From positions 704,001 to 768,000 of the forward strand of contig CAVTQK010000015.1 of NCBI GenBank assembly GCA_963736855.1: a stretch of 64,000 bases of DNA, given 5' to 3'. The translations under genes and the position numbers were made by a program. Source of the DNA: an uncultured delta proteobacterium (GTDB lineage Bacteria; Desulfobacterota; Desulfobacteria; Desulfobacterales; UBA2156). Each line of letters opens with the position of its first letter. Within the stretch, counting starts at the first letter, position 1. Of the stretch, positions 30,461 through 41,894 are shown one piece after another. The notes under the pieces were generated by a model that had not been told where the DNA came from, made no database searches, and worked only from the letters and a program-made list of their open reading frames with translations.

Positions 30461-30990
30461 TAAAGAGGCCTTCTCCCGCAATATCGGCCTTTTCACCCGG
30501 CTGAACAGGAAACCCTCCTTCGCTCCAAAGTCGCCATCCCCGGGAATGGGCGGAGTCGGTGGAACCCATCTTCTCACCCTCACCCGCACCGGCATCGGCG
30601 CTTTTCACATCGCGGATTTCGACATCTTCGAACCAGCCAACATCAACCGCCAGGCCGGCGCATCGGTGAACACCTTCGGCCGAAAAAAACTTGACGTCAT
30701 GAAAGAACAGGCCTTAGCCATCAACCCTTACTTGAACATCGCGGAATTCCCCGAAGGCATCCATGAGCAAAACATCGACGCCTTTCTGGACGGCGTCCAG
30801 GTGGTGGTGGATGGCCTCGACTTTTTCTCCTTTGACACCCGGCGCCTGCTCTTCACCAGGGCCCAGGAAAAGGCGCCTACGTGGTCACCGCCGGCCCCAT
30901 GGGCTACAGCGCCGCCCTCCTCGTCTTTTCCCCTAACGAAGGCATGACCTTCGACGACTATTTTGCCGTTACAAAAGACATGCCCCCGAA
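30455..30990 (+). CDS. ThiF-family adenylyltransferase (PEP-CTERM-associated type); start unclear, 3' end cut at junction
   Basis: EAFSRNIGL...PGMGGVGG...ADFDIFEPANINRQ...VVVDGLDFF...GMTFDDYF. Confidence 0.85.
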
Positions 30991-31335
30991 CCCCCGCCCG
31001 GCTTCGAGATGGAGTCGGTGCAGCTCGTCCTGCTGATGCGGGCGCCGAGCTGGAAGAAGCTCCCCGACGCGGAGGCGGCGGCCCTCCAGAAGCAGCACAT
31101 CGGCCACCTCACGGCCATGGGCGAGGCGGGAAAGATGGTCGTGGCCGGCCCGTTCTCCGACCAGGCCGACCCGGCCTACCGGGGCGTCTGCATCTACCGG
31201 GTCGGCTCGGTCGCCGAGGCACGCGCCCTCGCCGAGCAGGATCCTGCGGTGAAGGCGGGCCAGCTGCGGGTCGAGGCCATGACCTGGTGGTACGGCAAGG
31301 GCTACATGACCTTTCCGAAGGCGGTGGCGCCCTAG
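30990..31335 (+). CDS. YciI-family protein (N-terminus cut at junction)
   Basis: QHIGHL...GKMVVAGPF...GVCIY...EARALAEQDPAVKAG. Confidence 0.8.
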
Positions 31336-32221
31336 CGAGGCCTGACCCGCGCCTCCGTGTCGGCGCGGGAGAGCCGGGCCAGGCCTGCCAGTCGAACCGC
31401 CCTCCCCCACCCCACCGCCGCCGCGGCGAGCTGGGCGAGGAGGACGCCGGCCACGACGGCCCAGCGCGGGCCGGCCGGCAGCCGCTCCCGGATGGCCATC
31501 AGCGACGAGCCCCAGCACCGGACCGGCCAGCGCGCCCGCCAGGCCGATGGAGAGCGCGTGGAGCGGCCGGCGCAGGACCAGCCAGGTCCCGGAGAGCCAG
31601 GCCTTGAAGGCGCTGCGCCGGTCGGGGCGCGACGCCATGCGCGCGCGGCCGGCGTCGAGGGTCAGGTGCGCGACGAGGAGGAGCGCGACGGCGGCCACGA
31701 GCGTCCAGCGCTCCCGGGAGGCGGCCGCGGCCTCGGTGACCATCCGCTCGACGGCCCGATCGGTGCCCTTCCGGAGCGCGACGGCCGCGGCGGCGGCGAT
31801 GCCCAGGGGGATCGCCCCGACGATCACCATGCGGAACATCCGGCCGTAGAACCGGCCGGCGCCGGTGAGGAGCGGACGGAAGTGGAGCGGGTGGTCCGAG
31901 CCCGCCTCGGCGAGCATCGCACCGGTGAGGGCCGGCGCGAAGAAGAGGGCGACCACGAGCGAGCTCGCCATCCAGCCGGGGATGGCCTGCCCATGCGGGC
32001 TCTCCGAGAGCGCCCGGGCCAGGTCCGGGAGCCACGACGCCTCGAGTCCCCAGGTGAGCAGCGCGGCGCGCGGCGCGCGGTCGAGAAGCCCGGAGAGGAA
32101 TCTCCAGATCGGCAGCGGTGGCGATCGCGGCCGGCACCGCGGAGAGGAGCACGCACAGGAGGACGAGCCGCCACCGGGTGGCCCGCCGGAAGCCCGTGCG
32201 GATCGACTCGCCGATGGTCAC
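31332..32221 (-). CDS. Multi-pass membrane protein coupled to the M1 peptidase, frameshifted
   Basis: GTGA overlap with the peptidase stop. Hydrophobic segments are spread over ORFs 31499..32740 and 30958..31971. Confidence 0.6.
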
Positions 32222-34386
32222 AGGGACTCCAGCACGGCGAGGAGGAACTGGATCCAGCCGCCCACGGAGAGCGCCATCCGCGTCGCCGGGCCGCGGTGCG
32301 CCTCGCGGGTGCGCCCGTCGTCGAGCTTGTTCAGGTCGAGGAGGACCTTCCGCTCCCCGTCGAGCTGGGCCGAGCGGACCTTCACCGGACGGATGAGCTC
32401 CCAGCGGCCCCAGCGCTCGGCGGCCGGCCAGTCGAGCCGCTCCTCCGTCCCGTCCTCGAAGGTGACCACCACCACCTGCGGAACCGCGGCCCCCTGGCGC
32501 CGGGCCGCGATCACGTTGCGCCAGGGGAAGGGGCCCGGCTTGCCGGGGGCCGGCTGGCCGTGCTCCTTCGTCCAGGCCGCGCGGGCCTCCTCGACCGCCT
32601 TCCCGCGACCCGTCGCGGTGACCTCCTCGCGCTTGCCCTCCTTCTCCTGGAATCCGAGCGGGGGAACCAGCTCCTCGGCCTCGACCGCCACGATCCGGTC
32701 GTCCACCGGCCCGTTCGCGAAGACCTGCTCCTCGAACCATCGCTCGACGAGCGCGCGGTCCGCCCCGGCGTCGACGAAGGCCTCGCGCAGGTCGGCCGTG
32801 CCCGGGTGCCGGAAGCGCCAGCGCTCGAAGTAGAGCTTCATGGCCTTCTCGAAGAGCGGCGTGCCGAGCACCTGCTCGAGATCGTGGAAGACGAGTGCGG
32901 TGCGGGCGTAGACGAGGCCGTAGCTCCCGCTCGACCAGCGCTTCCAGGAGTTGCCAGCGATGGGATCGGCCTGGTGACGGGAGGTGCCCGCGCCCCGCTC
33001 CATGTCCCAGGCGTCGAGCTGCGGGAGCCGGAAGCCCATCCAGCGCGCCAGCGCCGGCAGCCGGAGCCGGTATCCCTCCGCGGCCAGCATGCGCGCGCTC
33101 CAGAGCTGGGTCATCCCCTCGTCGAGGAAGGGCTCCTCGAACTCGTTCGAGGCCAGGATTCCCATGAAGTAGCCGTGGCCGAATTCGTGGACGGTGGTGA
33201 AGCGGGTCATTCCGCCGGCGTTCACCGGGAACTCGTTCGATCCGATGGTGGTGAAGAAGGTCTCGTACTCCATGCCGCCCGCCTCGGCGGCGTTGAAGGG
33301 CGGGACGAGGACGGTGAGGTGGCGGTACGGGTACGGACCGAGGGTCCGGGAGAAGTATGCGAGGGCGTCGGTGGTCGCCTGCAGGGCCTCCCGGGCCGAG
33401 CGCTCGAACTCGGGTGGGTACCAGACCTCCACCTTCACCCCCGGGCTACCCGGGCCCGTCCAGGTGGCCCTGAGCGGCTCGGCGAATCCGTCCCAGGCGG
33501 TGAAGACCACGTCGTGGACGTCCTCCGCGCGGAATCGCCAGGAGACGCCGCCGGGTCCCTTCTCCGGGCTTCCCACCGGAACGCCGCTGGCCGCCACCCG
33601 GTAGCCCTCGGGCACCACCACCTCGAGGTCGTAGGCGCCGAAGTCGGCGTAGAACTCGCTGTTCAGGTGATACTCGTGGACGTTCCACCGGGGGCGGGTG
33701 GCGCCGCGCTCGCCGGGCAGCTCGAGGACCCCGATCTTCGGGTACCACTGGCCGGCGAGGTGAAACCTGTCGAACCACCCCGAACGCGCAACCAGCCGGG
33801 GGAGCTTTCCGAGGAAGTCGATCCCGAGCGTCGTGGAGCCGCCCGGCGGCACCGCCTCGGGAAGGTCCACCCGCACCACGGTGTGGTCGGTCTCCGGGCC
33901 GCCGTCGGGGTGGACGAACGTCCAGGAGGCCGGGCGGCCACCCTGCTCGACGCGCCGCAGCTCGATGTAGCCCCACCCTCCGTCGCCGGTCGCGACGTCG
34001 CCGCGGAACCCGCCATACCGGCGCCTCTCCTGCATGAACGTGGAGCCCTCCGACTCGAAGGCGTTCAGGTAGAGGTGGAGGTAGATGCTCCGGATCGGGA
34101 TCGCGCTCCGGTTGCGCCAGGTGAGCCTCTCCGTCCCGGTGATGGTGTGCTCGACCGGGTCGAGGACGGCGCGGATGTCGTGGTCGGCGACCCGATCGGA
34201 GAGTGTCGGCTCCTGGCCGGTGCGCGGACCGCCCCAGGCTCCAGGAGCGCTCGGGACCTGGACCGCTCCGGCGTCGGCTCCGGCGAGCTCGACCTCGCCC
34301 GGCGATGGAGAAATCGTTTCTGCCGCGGGAGTTGCCGGGAGCAGCAGGATCGCGATCGCCAGGGCGGCCGTCCGCATTCCCCCCAT
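32218..34386 (-). CDS. M1-family metallo-aminopeptidase
   Basis: Signal peptide; QWYPK, GGMEY and HEFGH...SNEFEEPFLDEG. Confidence 0.93.
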   Translation of the reverse strand: MGGMRTAALAIAILLLPATPAAETISPSPGEVELAGADAGAVQVPSAPGAWGGPRTGQEPTLSDRVADHDIRAVLDPVEHTITGTERLTWRNRSAIPIRSIYLHLYLNAFESEGSTFMQERRRYGGFRGDVATGDGGWGYIELRRVEQGGRPASWTFVHPDGGPETDHTVVRVDLPEAVPPGGSTTLGIDFLGKLPRLVARSGWFDRFHLAGQWYPKIGVLELPGERGATRPRWNVHEYHLNSEFYADFGAYDLEVVVPEGYRVAASGVPVGSPEKGPGGVSWRFRAEDVHDVVFTAWDGFAEPLRATWTGPGSPGVKVEVWYPPEFERSAREALQATTDALAYFSRTLGPYPYRHLTVLVPPFNAAEAGGMEYETFFTTIGSNEFPVNAGGMTRFTTVHEFGHGYFMGILASNEFEEPFLDEGMTQLWSARMLAAEGYRLRLPALARWMGFRLPQLDAWDMERGAGTSRHQADPIAGNSWKRWSSGSYGLVYARTALVFHDLEQVLGTPLFEKAMKLYFERWRFRHPGTADLREAFVDAGADRALVERWFEEQVFANGPVDDRIVAVEAEELVPPLGFQEKEGKREEVTATGRGKAVEEARAAWTKEHGQPAPGKPGPFPWRNVIAARRQGAAVPQVVVVTFEDGTEERLDWPAAERWGRWELIRPVKVRSAQLDGERKVLLDLNKLDDGRTREAHRGPATRMALSVGGWIQFLLAVLESL

Positions 34387-34436
34387 TACCCCGATGTGGC
34401 CTTTCGCTGCCAGCCTCGGGGTCCTAAGTCCCCGCC

Positions 34437-35162
34437 ATGCTCACCATCCGACGCGCCGAGGACCGGGGCCGGTTCGATCACGGCTGGCTCGACACCCGCC
34501 ACACCTTCTCCTTCGCCGGCTACCGCGACGAGCGCTTCATGGGCTTCTCCGACCTCCGGGTCATCAACGAGGACCGGGTGAAGGCCGGACAGGGCTTCGG
34601 CACCCACGGCCACCGGGACATGGAGATCCTCTCCTACGTGCTCGAGGGGGAGCTCGGCCACCGCGACTCGATGGGCAACGGTTCCACCATCCGTCCTGGC
34701 GAGGTGCAGCGCATGAGCGCGGGGACGGGGGTGACGCACAGCGAGATGAATCCTTCGCCCGACGAGCCGGTCCACTTCCTCCAGATCTGGATCCTGCCCG
34801 CACGGGAAGGCATCCGCCCGGGATACGAGCAGCGCGCCTTCCCGGAGGCGGAACGCCGCGGGACGCTGCGTCTCCTCGCCTCCCCGGACGGACGCGCGGG
34901 CTCGGTGACCATCCACCAGGACGCGGCGATGTGGGGCGCGGTCCTGGCGCCGGGCGACCGGGTCCGCCACGAGATCCCGGCCGGACGGGTGGCCTGGGTC
35001 CAGGTGGCGCGGGGCGAGGTCTCCGTGAACGGGGAGTCGCTCCGGGCCGGCGACGGCCTCGCCGCGGTGGACGAGGGCGCGCTCGAGATCCTGGGCGGCG
35101 GGAGCGCGGACGCCGACGTGCTGGTCTTCGACCTGGCCGCAAACCCGGACACTAGCGGCTAG
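34437..35162 (+). CDS. Pirin family protein (YhhW-like)
   Basis: HGWLDTRHTFSF...LRVINED...HGHRDMEI...MSAGTGVTHSE...FLQIWI. Confidence 0.95.
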   Translation: MLTIRRAEDRGRFDHGWLDTRHTFSFAGYRDERFMGFSDLRVINEDRVKAGQGFGTHGHRDMEILSYVLEGELGHRDSMGNGSTIRPGEVQRMSAGTGVTHSEMNPSPDEPVHFLQIWILPAREGIRPGYEQRAFPEAERRGTLRLLASPDGRAGSVTIHQDAAMWGAVLAPGDRVRHEIPAGRVAWVQVARGEVSVNGESLRAGDGLAAVDEGALEILGGGSADADVLVFDLAANPDTSG

Positions 35163-35171
35163 AATGGCGCG

Positions 35172-36056
35172 GTGCGCCAGGTCCCGAAGCCCGCTTACGA
35201 GCCCAGGAACTGGGAGGAGGTCCCTTGCCCGTTCTGCGGCTCGCGGAGGGCGCGCCTCTACGAGCGGTTCGGCTGGAAGCTGCGCTTCACCTACCAGCAC
35301 TGCCTCGACTGCGGGCTCGTCTACCAGTCGCCGCGTCCCCGCTACGACGAGGACTTCGTCCGCGCCGCCTACGGGGACTACTTCGCCTTCTCGGAGGACT
35401 TCCGCCCCGGCGATCCGGTGAACCACGCCACCCAGGCCAACTGGGAGGAGCTGGTCGCCGAGATGGTGACCTTCGACACGCGGCGCAGCGCGGTCCTCGA
35501 CGTGGGCTCGTGCATGGGGAACTTCCTGCTCGCCGCGCGCCCGCACTGGAAGCGGGTGGAGGGGGTGGAGGTCTCCGAGAAGATGCGGGCCTTCGTGGAG
35601 CGCGAGATCGGCGTCCCGGTCCACGGCGTGCCCTTCGAGGCCCTGCGCACCCAGGAACGCTTCTCCTGCATCCACATGAGCCACGTCATCGAGCACGTGC
35701 CCGACCCGGCTGCCTGGCTGGTCCGCGCGCGGGAACTGCTCCTCCCGGGCGGCCTGCTCGTCATCGCCGTCCCCAACATGTTCTCCCTCGACCGGCGCTG
35801 GCAGCTCGCCCTGAAGCGGGCCGGGCTGCGGCGGGGGGAGTGGAAGAACCCGGCCAAGACCCCCGACCACCTCTTCGAGCCCACCATCCCGTCGATGCTG
35901 CGCTTCCTCGACGCCCACGGGTTCGAGGTGGTCTCGCGCTACACGTACAGCCGGTCGGACGAGACCTCCCGGAAGCCCTTCAACCGGCTCTACCGCCGCC
36001 GCCTCCTCCTGGGATCGAACGCTCGCTTCTACGCACGTCGCCGGGCCGGTGTATAA
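35172..36056 (+). CDS. Class I SAM-dependent methyltransferase with N-terminal Zn ribbon
   Basis: CPFC...CLDC; VLDVGSCMG; HVIEHVPDP. Confidence 0.88.
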   Translation: MRQVPKPAYEPRNWEEVPCPFCGSRRARLYERFGWKLRFTYQHCLDCGLVYQSPRPRYDEDFVRAAYGDYFAFSEDFRPGDPVNHATQANWEELVAEMVTFDTRRSAVLDVGSCMGNFLLAARPHWKRVEGVEVSEKMRAFVEREIGVPVHGVPFEALRTQERFSCIHMSHVIEHVPDPAAWLVRARELLLPGGLLVIAVPNMFSLDRRWQLALKRAGLRRGEWKNPAKTPDHLFEPTIPSMLRFLDAHGFEVVSRYTYSRSDETSRKPFNRLYRRRLLLGSNARFYARRRAGV

Positions 36057-36085
36057 GGACCCGATTCGTCACGCCTTCCGAGAGG

Positions 36086-37262
36086 ATGACCATGCGCCGC
36101 GCCCTTCTCCCGTTCCGCTCCGTCCCGTCCCTGGCCCTGCTCGCGGCCCTCTCCCTGGCGGCCTGCTCCAAGGAGAAGGCGCCCGCCGCGCTGCCACCGC
36201 CGGAGATCCCGGTGGTCACGGTGACCGCGAAGGACACGCCGCTGGAGTTCGACCTGGTGGCGCAGCTGCGCGGACTCGAGGACGTGGAGATCCGGGCCCG
36301 CGTCGAGGGGTATCTCGAGACCATCGACTACGTGGAAGGCTCGACGGTCCAGAAGGGGAAGCTGCTCTTCACCATCGACGACCAGCAGTACGTCGCCGCG
36401 CTGGCCCAGGCCCAGGCCACCCTGGCGGCCGGCCAGACCCAGTTCGACAAGGGCGACCTGGACGTGAAGCGCTTCACGCCGCTGGTCGCCGAGCGGGCCG
36501 TGAGCCAGGCCGAGCTCGACAACGCCATCTCGGCCCGGAAGTCCGGTGCCGCCCAGGTGGAGGCCGGCAAGGCCAACCTCGAGAGGGCGCGCCTCAACCT
36601 CTCCTACACGCGCATCTCCTCGCCCATCACCGGGCTCGTCGGCAAGGCCGAGCACAAGGTGGGCGACCTCGTGGGCAAGGGCGAGCCGACGCTGCTCACC
36701 ACGGTCTCCTCCATCGACCCCATCCGCGTCAGCGTCGCCATCCCCGAGGCCGACTACCTCCGGTTCGCCCGCTCGGTGGGGGACGCCAAGGCAGAGGCCG
36801 CGAAGAGCCCACCCGTCCTCATCCTCTCCGACGGCACCCAGCATCCCTACCCGGGCAAGCTCATCTTCGTCGACCGCGCCGTCGACACGCAGACCGGGAC
36901 CCTCCGCGTGGACCTCGCCTTCCCCAACCCCAGGAGGACGCTCCGCCCCGGGCTCTACGGCAAGGTGAAGGCCGAGTCGGAGGTGGTGAAGAACGCGCTG
37001 CTCGTCCCGCAGCGCGCGGTGCAGGAGTTGCAGGGCACCTACACGGTCGTCGTGGTCGGCGAAGGCGACAAGGTCGAGACGCGCAAGGTGACCCCCGGCC
37101 AGAAGGTCGGCAGCCAGTGGATCATCCAGGAAGGGCTGAAGGGCGGCGAGCGGGTGGTCGTGGAGGGATTCCAGCGGCTGCGCGACGGGATGACGGTGGT
37201 CCCGAAGCTGGCCGATGCGGCAGCCGCCCGCCGCGAGCCCCGCGCCGGCCGGAGGGAAGTAG
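36086..37262 (+). CDS. RND efflux periplasmic adaptor (frameshift near the 3' end)
   Basis: Lipobox LAAC; EIRARVEG; YTRISSPITG; LRPGLYG; LLVPQRAV. Confidence 0.92.
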
Positions 37263-37265
37263 GTC

Positions 37266-40200
37266 ATGGGCAGCTTCTTCATCCGCCGCCCGATCGTGGC
37301 GATGGTGATCTCCATCGTCATGGTCATCATGGGCGCGGTGGCCATCACCCGGCTGCCGATCGCCCAGTTCCCCGACATCACGCCTCCGCTCATCCAGGTC
37401 ACCACGACCTACACCGGCGCCAGCGCGCTCGACGTGGAGTCGTCGGTGGCGGCGCCCGTCGAGCAGCAGGTGAACGGCGTCGACAACATGATCTACATGA
37501 AGTCGACGAACGCCAACGACGGCACCTACAACCTGCAGGTGTCGTTCGAGGTCGGGGCCGACCTCGACATGTCGAACGTGCTCGTCCAGAACCGCGTCTC
37601 GCAGGCCAAGGCCTCCCTGCCGCCGGACGTGAAGACCTACGGCGTCACCGTCAAGAAGTCGCTCAACTTCCCGCTCATGCTGGTGACGCTCACCTCCCCG
37701 TCGGGAGCCTTCGACAACAACTTCCTGTCGAACTACGCGGTCATCAACATCAACGACCAGCTGAAGCGCATCTCCGGCGTCGGCGACATCGTCCTGTTCG
37801 GCGGCTCCGACTACGCCATGCGCATCTGGGTGCGCCCCGACCGCCTGAAGACGCTCGGGCTCACGGTGGCGGACCTGTCCAACGCCGTGAAGCAGCAGAA
37901 CGTGCTGCTCCCGGCCGGCCAGATCGGCGGCCCGCCTGCCCCGAAGGGCACCGAGTTCACCTACGTCGTCCGCACCAAGGGGCGCCTCCTCGACGCGGAG
38001 GAGTTCGGCCAGATCGTGGTGCGCTCCAACCCGGACGGCTCGCAGGTGCGGCTCAGGGACGTGGCCCGGATCGACCTGGGCTCGGTGCTCTACAACTCGA
38101 TGGGCCGGCTCGACGGGAAGCCCGCCGCCGTCATCGCCGTCTACCAGGCGCCCGGCTCGAACGCGCTGGCCGTATCCGAGACCGTGAAGAAGACCGCCGA
38201 CGAGCTGGCCACGCGCTTCCCACCCGGCGTGAAGCACCAGATCACCCTCGACACCACGCTCGCCATCACCGCCGGCATCGAGGAGATCCTCCACACGCTC
38301 CTGGAGGCGGTGCTGCTCGTCATCCTGGTGGTCTTCGTCTTCCTGCAGAACTGGCGCGCCACGCTCATCCCGCTGCTCACCGTGCCGGTGGCCCTCATCG
38401 GCACCTTCATGATCTTCCCGCTGCTCGGCTTCTCGGTGAACACGCTGTCGCTGCTGGGCCTCGTGCTCGCCATCGGCATCGTGGTCGACGACGCCATCGT
38501 GGTGGTCGAGGCGGTCATGCACCACATCGAGCACGGCATGTCGCCCAAGGAGGCGACCGCCCAGGCCATGAAGGAGGTCTCCGGGCCGGTCATCGCCATC
38601 GCGCTGGTGCTCACGGCCGTGTTCGTGCCGGTGGCCTTCATCAGCGGCATCTCCGGCCAGCTCTACCAGCAGTTCGCCATCACCATCGCGGTCTCGGTGA
38701 TGTTCTCGGCGGTGAACGCGCTCACGCTCTCGCCGGCGCTGGCGTCGCTCCTGCTCAAGCCCAAGGGGGGGAAGCGCTCCTTCCTGCAGCCCTTCTACGA
38801 CGGCTTCAACAAGGTCTTCGACAAGTTCACCGGCGGCTACATGTCGATCACCTCCATCCTGGTGCGGAAGCTCTTCCGGAGCGCCGTGCTGGTGGCGATC
38901 TTCGCCGTCCTCGCCGTCGTCATCGCCGGCCGCATCCCCGGCGGGTTCATCCCGGACGAGGACAACGGCTACTTCCTGGCGGCCCTGCAGCTTCCCGACG
39001 CGTCCTCCCTCGAGCGCACCGACGCGGCGGCGAAGAAGGTCGAGTCCATCCTGATGAAGCACCCGGCGGTGGCCTACACGACCACCATCTCCGGCTACAG
39101 CATGCTGTCGGGCGCCTACGCCTCCAACACCGGCTTCTTCTTCGTCTCCATGAAGCCCTGGGAGGAGCGCAAGTCGAAGGAGGAGCGCGTCTTCGAGGTC
39201 ATGCGCGCCCTCAACGCCCAGTTCGCCCGAGAGGTGCCGGAGGCGACCGCCTTCGCCTTCGGACCGCCCCCCATCCCCGGCCTGGGCACCGGCTCCGGCT
39301 TCTCCTTCATGCTCCAGGACCGGAGCGGCGGCACGCCCGAGTACCTGTCGCAGAACCTCGGCAAGTTCATGGCGGCGGTGAAGAAGCGCCCCGAGATCGG
39401 CATGGCGAACTCCATCTACCGTGCAGCCGTTCCGCAGATCTTCGCCGACGTGGATCGGGACAAGGTGCTCAAGCTCGGCGTCCCGCTCTCCGACGTCCTC
39501 ACCACCATGGGGTCGTACCTGGGCGGCAACTACATCAACGACTTCAACCGGTTCGGGCGCGTCTACAAGGTGTTCCTGCAGGCCGAGCCGGAGTACCGGA
39601 CGAAGGTGAAGGACCTGGGGCTCTTCTACGTCCGCGGGCCGAAGGGCGACATGATCCCGCTCGACACGCTCCTGTCCACGAGCCCCACCTCCGGCCCCGA
39701 GTTCACGAACCGCTTCAACCTCTTCCGGTCCGCCGAGGTGACGGGCATCCCGGCCCCCGGTTACAGCTCGGCGCAGGCCATGAAGGCGCTCGAGGAGGTC
39801 GCGGCCGAGGTGCTGCCCAAGGACATGGGCTACCAGTGGTCCAACGTCTCGTACCAGGAGAAGAAGGCGGAGGGCACCGCCGCCATCGTCTTCGTCTTCG
39901 CCATGATCATGGTGTTCCTCATCCTGGCGGCCCAGTACGAGAGCTGGTCGCTGCCGATGAGCGTGCTGCTGGGCACGCCCTTCGCCGCCTTCGGCGCATT
40001 CCTGGGGCTGTGGCTGGCCCGCTTCACGAGCGACAGCTACGTGAACAACATCTTCGCCCAGATCGGCCTCATCATGCTGGTGGGGCTCGCCGCCAAGAAC
40101 GCCATCCTCATCGTCGAGTTCGCCAAGATGAACGTGGAGAAGGGGATGGAGCCGGTGGAGGCCGCCCTCGAACGCGGCCAAGCTCCGCCTGCGCCCCATC

Positions 40201-40440
40201 CTCATGACCGCCTTCGCCTTCATCCTCGGCGTGCTCCCGCTGGTGCGCGCGGCCGGCGCCGGCGCGGAGAGCCGCAAGGTGATGGGCATGGCGGTCTTCG
40301 CCGGCATGCTCGTCGCCACCTTCCTGGCGGTCTTCCTCGTCCCGGCGCTCTTCGTCATGATCGAGAAGATGGGCGGCAAGCGCCACAAGCCCGTTCCCGC
40401 CGCCGGGGAAGTCCCCCCGGCCGCCCCCGCCTCCCACTAG
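37266..40440 (+). CDS. HAE1 RND efflux permease (frameshift near 40175)
   Basis: FFIRRPI, AQFPDITPP, GIVVDDAIVVVE, KNAILIVEFA and MTAFAFILGVLPL. Confidence 0.95.
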
Positions 40441-40450
40441 GAGCGACACC

Positions 40451-41894
40451 GTGACGAGAACCCTCGCCGCCGTCTCCCTCCTCGCCTTCTCCGCCTGCGC
40501 CGTGGGGCCGAAGTACCAGCGCCCCGAGACGGAGGTTCCCGACACGCCTTCCGCTACACGCTCGGCCCGGCCGAGGCGGCCTCCATCGCCGACCTCGGCT
40601 GGTGGGAGATGTACCGGGACCCGATCCTCCAGGGGCTCATCGAGGAGGCCCTGCGCAGCAACCAGGACCTGCGCGTGGCCGCGGCGCGCGTCGACGCGTT
40701 CCGGGCGCAGGTGGGCGTCGCCGCCGCCGACTTCTATCCACAGGTCGGGCTCGGCGCCGCCGGCGGCTACGGCCAGCAGTCGGCCAAGAACTACGTCCCG
40801 GGCCAGGGGCCCTCGGGGGCCTTCGCGGTGAACCTGGGCATGTCCTGGGAGCTCGACATCTGGGGGCGCGTTCGCAACGCCACCGACGCCGCCCGGGCCG
40901 AGCTCATGGCCACCGAGGAGTTCCGGCGCGGCGTGGTCCTCACGCTGGTCGCCGACGTGGCCCAGACCTACGCCGAGCTCATGGAGCTCGACGTCGAGCT
41001 GGAGGTGGCGCAGCGGAACACCGTCACCCGCCAGGGCACCCTCGACCTCTTCACCAAGCGCTCGCAGGGCGGCGTGGGCAACGACCTGGAGGTGAACCAG
41101 GCCCGGGCCGACCTGGCCGTGACCGCCGCCGCCATCCCGGCCACCGAGCGGCTCATCGCGCTGAAGGAGAGCCAGATGGCGGTCCTCCTGGGCCGGCCGC
41201 CCGGGCCCATTCCTCGGGCCAAGGCGCCGGTCCAGCAGGTCGCGCCCGTGCTCCCCATGGGCGTGCCGGCGGCTCTTCTCGAGCGGCGCCCCGACATCCG
41301 CCGCGCCGAGAGCCGGGCCATGGCGGCGACGAGCAACGTGGGCGTGGCCGTCGCCAACCGGCTCCCCAAGCTCTCGCTCGAGGGCGTCATCGGCCTGGCC
41401 GGGCCCTCGCTCGCGACCACCTTCAGCCCCGAGGGACTCCTCTGGAGCGTCGGCGCCGGCCTGGTCGCCCCCATCTTCGAGGGCGGACGGCTCGCCTCCC
41501 AGGAGGAGGCGGCCTGGGCCGTCCTCGACGAGAACGTGGCGCTGCTACCGGCAGCAGGTCATCACGGCGTGGCGCGAGGTGAGCGACGCCGCGGTGAGCG
41601 TGCGCAAGCTCGGCGAGGTCGCCGTCCAGGCGGAGATCCAGGTCGTCGCGGCGAAGAACGCCGAGCACCTGGCGCGGCTGCGCTACGACGGCGGCGTGTC
41701 GAACTACCTCGAGGTGCTCGACGCACAGCGGTCGCTCTTCAACTCGGAGCTCGACGCTGGCCCAGACCAACCGGGACCAGCTGGTCGCCATGATCCAGCT
41801 CTACAAGGCGCTGGGGGGCGGCTGGCACGAGAAGGTGCCGGACGCCCCGGCGCGCAGACGGTTCCGGCCGGATGCTCCCCCGAAGGGATCCTAG
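40451..41894 (+). CDS. NodT/OprM-type outer-membrane efflux lipoprotein, frameshifted
   Basis: [55 protein letters not shown]. Confidence 0.92.

Noticed and set aside
31357..34581. 1074-aa + strand ORF and similar long ORFs (37122..40388, 50660..52735, 54494..57994, 56128..58260, 58577..60373)
   Set aside because: Antisense or off-frame shadows of well-supported genes in very high-GC DNA, with no motifs of their own.
35225..40207. 1660-aa ORF on + strand
   Set aside because: Artefact. It contains the real RND adaptor (36086-37262) extended by off-frame Arg/Pro/Gly-rich text through a frameshift and the stop-poor GC-rich alternative frame.
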